Shown here piece after piece: positions 37,595 to 44,044 of a stretch of DNA of 44,044 nucleotides. The notes below the pieces were generated by a model, which did no database searches, was not told the DNA's origin, and saw only the letters and a program-made list of their open reading frames with translations. Positions within the stretch are counted from its first letter, which is position 1, and the number at the start of each line of letters is the position of its first letter. Source of the stretch: a virus. Lineage: Duplodnaviria; Caudoviricetes. The stretch is taken from the IMG/VR virus record IMGVR_UViG_3300044470_000407, positions 1 through 44,044 of that record; one strand, 5' to 3'. Position numbers and translations under genes: made by a program.

Positions 37595-38117
37595 CTTGCA
37601 AAGCCTTTACGTTTTGAGCAAGCAGTTTCATTAAATCATCCGTATTGGATGATTCAATATCACCAATACTGAAAGGTTGACTGACCTTGCCTTCAGACCG
37701 ATCTGCCCAGAACTCACGGGCAGACTTATCACCAAAAGCAAGACTATCAAACAAGGCACGATATATCAACGCTTGACGTATGGTACAATTCTCCAATAGC
37801 TCCTTGGGCATGATCTTTTGCAACTTGACCCGCATTTCAAAAGGCAACGGCATCATGTTATAGCTGTTTATGATGTCAGCTATGCAATGTTCAGCCTTTG
37901 GACGGCCTTTTGGATTACGAACCTCACCAAATTGAGGCAGTTTAAGATGTCTCAAGTTACCTGTCATGGGCGTGTGTTTGATTCGTGAGTAAACAACTTC
38001 TTCACCAGGCTTTGGTGGCGGAATGACGTTAATGCGGTTGGGTTTAGGGACAAGACGTGGCTTAGCGGCTGGCATTTCGGCAGCTTTTTCTGGTGTATTT
38101 GGTCTTTTTAGTGACAT
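37575..38117 (-). CDS. terS: Terminase small subunit
   Basis: Upstream of terL; RNPKGRPK and DRSEGK. Confidence 0.75.
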   Translation of the reverse strand: MSLKRPNTPEKAAEMPAAKPRLVPKPNRINVIPPPKPGEEVVYSRIKHTPMTGNLRHLKLPQFGEVRNPKGRPKAEHCIADIINSYNMMPLPFEMRVKLQKIMPKELLENCTIRQALIYRALFDSLAFGDKSAREFWADRSEGKVSQPFSIGDIESSNTDDLMKLLAQNVKALQDANNAQ

Positions 38118-38381
38118 ATGGCGAATTTACCCCCGAAAGATGTTTAGCAGTATGATGCTTATAATATACGTTATCCTGAACCCATATACTATAACAAAAT
38201 TATCATATATTTACTTCTAAGAAAAAGCGATAACTAATATATATAAGTATTCTAATATATACGTATACCCTATAAATTATTAATATTAATAATATAAACA
38301 TGATATTTAATATTAAGATTTACTCCCTATACCTTATAAAAGTAAGTATATTATAATAATTACATTAACAAGGGAGGATTT

Positions 38382-38936
38382 ATGATCAAACCATTAGGCC
38401 GTCCGTCTTTACCGGAAGATCAAAGAAAAGAGCAGCATAATCTTCGTTTTACTAAAGAAAAAATGCATCAAATACAAGCATTGTTTCCTAATCCTGATTT
38501 ACAATTTCCACAAAAAATTTATGCTTTAATAGATGATTATATTCAAAAGTTTTCTGAATTAGTTACTTATACTTTAGAAAATGACAATTATTCAATTTCT
38601 CCTATAAAAAAAGGAGTTGAACGTATTGCTTATTTGAATGGAATTAAAGGAGAAAAAGACCTATATGCCTATAAAAATACATCGTTAAAAAATGTTATTA
38701 ATGATGTAATAAAAAACAAAAAATTAAGTCAGGAATATATCATTAATGATCTTATTCCGTGCCTTAATCTTTTAGGCTACTTAGTTCAAATAATTAACAT
38801 CCCCAATGTTGAAATATTTGATGTTTGGGTCATGAAAAATCCAAAAAATCTTGAGAAAGAAATCGAAGATAAATGCTGTATATGCAAACAAAAAATTATT
38901 GAAGATTTTACAAAAATTATTATTTTAAAAAAATAA
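38382..38936 (+). CDS. Putative DNA-binding regulator
   Basis: Divergent gene with SD GGGAGG; N-terminal GRPSLP...HNLRF; very AT-rich. Confidence 0.5.
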   Translation: MIKPLGRPSLPEDQRKEQHNLRFTKEKMHQIQALFPNPDLQFPQKIYALIDDYIQKFSELVTYTLENDNYSISPIKKGVERIAYLNGIKGEKDLYAYKNTSLKNVINDVIKNKKLSQEYIINDLIPCLNLLGYLVQIINIPNVEIFDVWVMKNPKNLEKEIEDKCCICKQKIIEDFTKIIILKK

Positions 38937-39085
38937 TCACTTTATTTCTAAATAATAAAGGGACTCTGTTTTCACTTTTATCATATAAAACCATTTAATC
39001 AAACTTTATAGAAGTCTAAAAAACAGAAAAAAAGTGGCGAATTTACTACAAATTTCGCAGAAAAATTACTATAAGTAAAGCAAAA

Positions 39086-39277
39086 CTAAATTATCAATAT
39101 GTTAATTTTAATTACTTTATTAAATTTTTCTGCGTATTCTTCAGTTTTTTGTTCATATTTAAAACAGTAACAAGCCGAAAGCGGTTCAACTTCTTTTACT
39201 AGGATATTACATAATAAAGCAGGAATACCCCATTCAATTTTACAATTAACGCAGAATAAAATATACTTTTGTTTCAT
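39086..39277 (-). CDS. Hypothetical Cys-containing protein
   Basis: ORF only. Confidence 0.35.
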   Translation of the reverse strand: MKQKYILFCVNCKIEWGIPALLCNILVKEVEPLSACYCFKYEQKTEEYAEKFNKVIKINILII

Positions 39278-39280
39278 TAT

Positions 39281-39305
39281 AAAAAGGCCGGTTTCCCGGC
39301 CTTTT
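39281..39305. terminator. Intrinsic terminator
   Basis: aaaaaggccgg-tttc-ccggcctttt. Confidence 0.85.
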
Positions 39306-39328
39306 ATTTGTAATTTACCTTATTGCAC

Positions 39329-39813
39329 TACTGCCGGCTTGTAAAGAAGGCACAGCAGCACTATTAGCGCCACTGCTCCCTCCAGGTATAAAAAGGTAAA
39401 TAGCTGCTCCAATAGGCAAAGCTGAGACGTAAAATACTAATTCATTTAGTTCATCAGTTCTTGACACCGTTTCATATTTAGCAAATTGCCGCTTGCCACT
39501 GGAAGATACTTCAACAACATATCGGGCTATCATTCGAGCTTTTGCTTGGCTGCCTTTTCGCATTTGGGCCTCACTATATAATAGTAATTACATTTTGGAT
39601 TAGAACACCAGACAAGCTTTAAATCAGTGCGAAGCTTATAATACCTTTTTACTGCCGGCTTGTAAAGAAGGTACAGCAGCATTGTTTCGTAAACACGCAT
39701 CATTCCCTCCAGGTATAAAAAGGTAAATAGCCGCTTGCCACTGGAAGATACTTCAACAACATATCGGGCTATCATTCGAGCTTTTGCTTGGCTGCCTTTT
39801 CGCATTTGGGCCT
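39329..39813. repeat. Modular imperfect duplication (blocks A-B-C twice)
   Basis: A 39329-39360/39650-39681; B 39377-39404/39704-39731; C 39488-39571/39730-39813. Confidence 0.9.
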
Positions 39814-40093
39814 TCATATTGATTCCCTTTTGAAGAGCACCCATTCGAGTACTGCAATGACATCTTCACGAGTATCACTGGCCAATTTTTGTTGAATTTC
39901 CTTCCGACCACGGACCAGAGCATCCGTGCCACAAGCCTTAGTAGGCATTCCGCGTATTTCTTGAAGCTTAGCAACCTTTTCCTCCAGTGCTGCGATGTGC
40001 TTTGTCTGAACAGCAATAGCGGATTCTTCTAAACCGTTGCCGCTGTGAAGCAACTCGTCAATTTCACTTCCGATTTCTTTGATATAATCCATA
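39814..40093 (-). CDS. Hypothetical helical protein
   Basis: ORF from MDYIKE with SD AAGGAG. Confidence 0.6.
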
Positions 40094-40094
40094 C

Positions 40095-40835
40095 TTAACT
40101 CCTTTTGATTAGGGTGTCCCAATTCATATTTGAAATAGTAAACAATGAAAACGGTTTTATTATTGAATATCCTAAATGTATTTTGTCTATAGGATATTCA
40201 GTGACTGTATATTTGGATCCAATGTCTTCATTTGATATTGCAAGAATAGCATTTGTCATACTTCTTAAATTACCCGCCTTCAAAAAATCAAAAACCTTAC
40301 GTGGTATTCTATAATAATATTGACGAATATCTGTTGACCACTTACCATATGACATCACCGGAAGGTATTTAATAATCAAATGAACTATTTCAATAGGAAT
40401 AATGAAACAAGCATCAATATAATTTCCGAGCCTTTTAACAAGATTCAAAGCAGATCCAGCCATGCTGATGCTTTCCTTATTAAAATGATAGCACCAAAGC
40501 ACATAATACATTTTAGGTCTGGTATAAGGAAAATTGTTATCTTGAAGAGCGGAATAATATTTAATTTGATGTATATCAAACAAGTGTGCTTTCATTGAGG
40601 CTTTTACCTCTAATAAAATATCAAATGGCAATTTACCATTCCAAACAATTAAATCTGGATTTGCAACACCTTCATATACATCAGCTAAAACACTATCATT
40701 AATTAATTTTGAGGTGAGATGTTCAAAGAATTGACCAACAACCACTCTTGAATTATGTTTTGTCAAATACATTCCAGAAAGCTTATTTTTGAATAAATCT
40801 AATTGTTGATGATCAACCAACCATGATGGATACAT
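40095..40835 (-). CDS. PD-(D/E)XK nuclease-like protein
   Basis: GQFFE...PDL...LLEVKAS...Q. Confidence 0.65.
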   Translation of the reverse strand: MYPSWLVDHQQLDLFKNKLSGMYLTKHNSRVVVGQFFEHLTSKLINDSVLADVYEGVANPDLIVWNGKLPFDILLEVKASMKAHLFDIHQIKYYSALQDNNFPYTRPKMYYVLWCYHFNKESISMAGSALNLVKRLGNYIDACFIIPIEIVHLIIKYLPVMSYGKWSTDIRQYYYRIPRKVFDFLKAGNLRSMTNAILAISNEDIGSKYTVTEYPIDKIHLGYSIIKPFSLFTISNMNWDTLIKRS

Positions 40836-41032
40836 TAAAGTTTTTCCCAGGCAGTTGCCTTTAAAGTGTTCATATATTCCGGTGTATATAGCTCAAAATA
40901 CTTATGGTATGGGTTTTCTTTTACCAAGTATATCTCCAAATCAAGTCTGCGCTGAAGCTCAAACTCATATCCAGCTATGAGCCTTGCTTTACAAATCGTT
41001 TCAATTGTTTCTCCCTTTTTAAGCTTAATCAT
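40835..41032 (-). CDS. Hypothetical protein
   Basis: MIKLKKG... with SD AAGGAG; coupled to neighbours. Confidence 0.55.
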   Translation of the reverse strand: MIKLKKGETIETICKARLIAGYEFELQRRLDLEIYLVKENPYHKYFELYTPEYMNTLKATAWEKL

Positions 41033-41298
41033 TTTGGCTCCTTGCATTGTGAAGAGGCACCCGCCCCCGCGTCAAAATGGCGCTCCTGCTGCTGTTGTGC
41101 GGGGCGCGTCGCCTGGACTGTACCTGGTGACTCCGCTGACTTGGAGGCGCGATATTGACAGTTGTCCCGGACAAACTTTTCCAAAATATCCCATGCATTA
41201 TCATGTCCGCTGAATCGTATCTTAATGATGCCGTATACTGCATCAGAGATAGGGTTTCTATAAGCGCAAACAGCTTCGTGTTGACATTCACATTTCAT
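41029..41298 (-). CDS. Hypothetical protein (89 aa) whose RBS was displaced by the IS
   Basis: MKCECQHEAVC; removing the IS restores AGGAGG-7nt-ATG. Confidence 0.6.
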   Translation of the reverse strand: MKCECQHEAVCAYRNPISDAVYGIIKIRFSGHDNAWDILEKFVRDNCQYRASKSAESPGTVQATRPAQQQQERHFDAGAGASSQCKEPK

Positions 41299-41302
41299 TT
41301 AC

Positions 41303-42586
41303 GATCCTGCGAACGAGAAAGCCCACGGAGCAAGTCTTCGAGCGTCTTTAGCCGTGGGATGAAAGTGAGCCAGTCTATTTAATTTAAAATAAATCATGCA
41401 TTCCTTAGGCAAATAGATTATATTAGTCTATATGCGTAAGACTTTTAAATATAGATTATATCCAACTAAACTCCAAATAACCAAAATGAATAACATTTTG
41501 GAACAAACTCGCTGGGTCTATAATGAAACTCTTGCACTTAGAAAAAATACTTGGGAGTCTGAGAAAAAATCTATCTCTCTTTATGCCAGTCAAATAGAAC
41601 TCACTAAATGGAAAGTAACTAAGCCAGAACTCAATGAAGTCTTTTCTCAGGTTCTTCAAAATGCTCAACTCCGAGTTGACCTTGCCTTCAAAGCCTTTTG
41701 GCGGCGGTGTAAAGCAGGAGAAAATCCGGGCTTTCCAAGATTTAAAGGAAAAGGCTGGTATCATTCCATAACCTATCCTCAGTCTGGATTCAGACTTCAT
41801 CCAGATGGAGTTTATCTTTCTAAAATTGATCGAGTCAAAATTATTCTTCATAGACCTGTCGAAGGTACTATTAAAACCTGCACGGTTAAGAAAACTCCTA
41901 CAGGTAAATGGTATGTTTATTTTTCCTGTGAAACAGAAAAGCCTGCTCCTCTTCCTAAGACTGGTAAAATAGTTGGAATAGATTTGGGTCTTATCACTTA
42001 TGTTCAATGTTCTGATGGGACTAAGATAGACAAACCTCGTTTTTTTAATCTTGAACAAAAGGCTCTTGCTCAAGCCAAAAGGCGTGAGAATATAACTTTT
42101 AAAGCCAAACATAAGAAAATTTTGGCTATGATCCACGAGAGAATCAAAAACAAAAGGGAAGATTTTTGTCATAAGACTTCTAAAAAACTTGTAGATAAAT
42201 ATGATTTCATTGCTCATGAAGATTTGAATGTTAAAAGTCTTCTTGAGAAAAAAGAAAATAGTAAAAACATTTCTGATGCTTCTTGGTCTACGCTGATCCA
42301 ATACACGACCACCAAGGCTGAAAGCGCCGGGCGAGTCGTGGTAGCAGTAGACCCAAGGGGTACAAGTCAGAGATGTTCCCAATGTGGGACTGATGTTCCT
42401 AAGACTATCGAGATTCGTATACACCATTGTCCTCATTGTGGTTTCAAGACTGGCAGAGATTTGAACTCTGCTTTAGAGATACTCAGACTTGGGATGGAGT
42501 CTGTTGAGCGACCGTCGCGTTGCCGCAAGGCAGTTGCGCTGGTTTGACTCATGGAAGCCCACGACTTTAGTCGTGGGAGCAGTCAC
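41303..42586 (+). mobile_element. Non-autonomous IS200/IS605-family element (tnpB only)
   Basis: Target TTAC 41299-41302; AAAG 15 nt inside, before the left hairpin; GAAG plus hairpin cccacgactttagtcgtggg and terminal TCAC at the right end; no tnpA. Confidence 0.88.
41432..42547 (+). CDS. tnpB: RNA-guided endonuclease TnpB
   Basis: KYRLYP, GIDLG, HEDL, CSQC..CPHC, RDLNSA; RuvC D-E-D present. Confidence 0.96.
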   Translation: MRKTFKYRLYPTKLQITKMNNILEQTRWVYNETLALRKNTWESEKKSISLYASQIELTKWKVTKPELNEVFSQVLQNAQLRVDLAFKAFWRRCKAGENPGFPRFKGKGWYHSITYPQSGFRLHPDGVYLSKIDRVKIILHRPVEGTIKTCTVKKTPTGKWYVYFSCETEKPAPLPKTGKIVGIDLGLITYVQCSDGTKIDKPRFFNLEQKALAQAKRRENITFKAKHKKILAMIHERIKNKREDFCHKTSKKLVDKYDFIAHEDLNVKSLLEKKENSKNISDASWSTLIQYTTTKAESAGRVVVAVDPRGTSQRCSQCGTDVPKTIEIRIHHCPHCGFKTGRDLNSALEILRLGMESVERPSRCRKAVALV

Positions 42587-42606
42587 GCACCTCCTATTTG
42601 TTCCCC
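42400..42606 (+). ncRNA. Predicted TnpB omegaRNA (5' end approximate) with flank-derived guide
   Basis: Established TnpB architecture; hairpins at 42497-42550 and 42558-42577; guide starts at 42587. Confidence 0.6.
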
Positions 42607-42622
42607 GCTACGGCAGTTGAAT

Positions 42623-43306
42623 CTAACGTATAGGACGTATTAATGTTTGAATAAACAAAGATTTTTCCCAAATACTCAATTCAGTTCTTGACGTTGGGCA
42701 TACCCAAGCTATCATCAAGCTTTGTCCGGTTTGACCATTAGTAGTACGCCATACAAACCCGTGTTCAAATTCCTGTTGAGCAATGTAATCAAATTCACCG
42801 GAGTATTTGCAAGCAGCATTAATGGCATTCATAACATAATCCAATCGAGCACGATTGTAAACAAAATTAGAAAAGGGTAAACTTTTCCCCAGTGCTTTGA
42901 AGCGTTGTCGCCATTGGGATAATGCTGAATAAGGTTGCAACGATCTTAAAGCCATACTTCTTTCCCCACGTCCGTCATTAAAGGTTGCGTTGAGGATATT
43001 TCCAGTTGAATTGCAAATTGCCACGTGTTCTAACAAACTTTTAAACTGCTTGTCAGCAGGAATAGTTTTGACTAATAACTCAATCTGGGCACGAGAAACC
43101 ACTGTAGGTGCCGCTAAAATAGTATCCTTGACCGGAAGTGAAGGCTTAACAGCGTTAGGAACAGGAGCAGCAACGTAGATTGCCCAGCGATTAAGTGCAA
43201 CGACTTCTCCGGTGGGCTCCAGTAAGATAAGTTGAAGTTGCGGATCATCTTCAGCGCCACACATTTGGACTGCACCCGAAAGCATTGCTTTATGAAAAAT
43301 GCTCAT
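42623..43306 (-). CDS. Hypothetical protein, weakly sliding-clamp-like
   Basis: LQLILLE...VVALNRWAI and YNRARLDYVMNAI patterns. Confidence 0.45.
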   Translation of the reverse strand: MSIFHKAMLSGAVQMCGAEDDPQLQLILLEPTGEVVALNRWAIYVAAPVPNAVKPSLPVKDTILAAPTVVSRAQIELLVKTIPADKQFKSLLEHVAICNSTGNILNATFNDGRGERSMALRSLQPYSALSQWRQRFKALGKSLPFSNFVYNRARLDYVMNAINAACKYSGEFDYIAQQEFEHGFVWRTTNGQTGQSLMIAWVCPTSRTELSIWEKSLFIQTLIRPIR

Positions 43307-43704
43307 TTTGTTGCCTTTAAAATCCTTTTTCGACATTCCTCACAATTGCTCATTTGACGGCCTTGAGCCAACCAAACCTGCACGGTGCCTTCATTTGTAT
43401 CCTGAACGATTTGGCAAATAAACCCAAATTTTCGAGCAACAGGTGGCATCGCCTGCCACCCTTTCTTTTTGTCAAACTCGAAAGGAAGTTTTCCCCAAAT
43501 CTTCTCACCCTCAGTGTTCTGGTTGTAAGCAAGGATTGAACCATCCTTATCCGCTACGTTGCCAATTATTTCCGCGCACTGGGAAAGGATTGACCTAAGT
43601 TTTTCCCCCATATTACGGCCATGGGCTTGTTGAATAAAATCATAGTCAACTTGCCGCAAGCCGACAGAATATGAGTGAATTGGATCATCCGTTATTTTGG
43701 GCAT
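43303..43704 (-). CDS. Hypothetical protein, possible RHH N-terminus
   Basis: SYSVGL...NMGEKLRSIL; SD AAGGAG. Confidence 0.55.
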   Translation of the reverse strand: MPKITDDPIHSYSVGLRQVDYDFIQQAHGRNMGEKLRSILSQCAEIIGNVADKDGSILAYNQNTEGEKIWGKLPFEFDKKKGWQAMPPVARKFGFICQIVQDTNEGTVQVWLAQGRQMSNCEECRKRILKATK

Positions 43705-43731
43705 TTGAACTCCTTATTTGGTTAGATTGCG

Positions 43732-43753
43732 ACACGGCCAACCTTGACCGTGT
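43732..43753. other. Intergenic stem-loop
   Basis: acacggccaa-cc-ttgaccgtgt. Confidence 0.4.
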
Positions 43754-43773
43754 TTCGTCCTTATTTGGACTCT

Positions 43774-44044
43774 TCAGGCAACCGCTTTCGGCGTTTCTTC
43801 CGGTGCGGGAATAAGTTGGATGATTTTGCCTTTGGAAACGTCAAAACCGGCCGCTTCTTTTTTGGCTTTGTACTTCGGATGCTTGGCATCATTGAGATCA
43901 CACCGGCAAATGGAAATCTGGTTTTTGGCAAACTCACCGAATTTAGCAGCCACTGCCATGTAGATGTCTTCATCAGTGCTGTTCTGGGCCAGGAGCATGT
44001 CCACAATCATTCCGCTGCGGCTTTCATGTGGTGCCTTAGGCTCT
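43774..44044 (-). CDS. Hypothetical protein, 5' end outside the window
   Basis: Frame of the 43774-44010 ORF is open to the window edge. Confidence 0.55.
   Translation of the reverse strand, partial: EPKAPHESRSGMIVDMLLAQNSTDEDIYMAVAAKFGEFAKNQISICRCDLNDAKHPKYKAKKEAAGFDVSKGKIIQLIPAPEETPKAVA

Noticed and set aside
39329-39813. DGR template/variable repeat pair
   Set aside because: Differences are not adenine-specific and include indels; no reverse transcriptase in the window.
39329-39813. CRISPR array
   Set aside because: Only two copies of three different blocks, irregular spacing, no cas genes.
41060-41130. GC-rich attC-like or hairpin element
   Set aside because: No convincing paired core sites, single copy, no integrase seen.
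41303-41431. IStron (group I intron fused to the IS)
   Set aside because: Only about 130 nt precede tnpB, too short for an intron core, and the element is not inside a coding region.
41456-42436. 326-aa minus-strand ORF
   Set aside because: Antisense shadow of tnpB with no recognisable motifs.
1-44044. Genome-wide TAG recoding
   Set aside because: Core genes are intact in the standard code and several end properly in TAG; only one internal amber was seen.
1-44044. tRNA genes, integrase/att sites, inteins
   Set aside because: None recognised by eye; PolA, TerL and helicase have ordinary lengths. Part of the genome lies outside the window.

Overview
Most of the genome of a tailed dsDNA phage with siphovirus-type architecture, probably infecting a diderm host. 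Nearly all genes are on the minus strand, and both window edges cut genes. In transcription order (right to left): small hypotheticals interrupted by a tnpB-only IS200/IS605 element (41303-42586), a PD-(D/E)XK nuclease and a modular duplicated segment (39.3-39.8 kb). Next come TerS, TerL, a portal-MuF fusion, an accessory island (papain-like protease, ferritin-like protein, methyltransferase, GT-like protein), a long HK97-type prohead protease, the major capsid protein and two glycosyltransferases. These are followed by neck and tail genes (with a -1 frameshift chaperone), tail tip and fibre, a cluster of signal-peptide genes and the lysis genes. The last block is early/replication: pentapeptide repeat protein, SNF2 helicase, RuvC-like nuclease, family-4 UDG, HNH-ATPase fusion, DUF669-like SSB, PolA and primase. 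The best candidate for an undescribed system is a pair of unrelated His-rich cassettes, one in the portal-MuF protein and one in the prohead protease. Both have the same boundaries (K|G[GR]PGSGP..GH ... H-(x)-K|SF), suggesting that the maturation protease excises cargo peptides inside the head. All calls come from reading motifs by eye; no searches were run.
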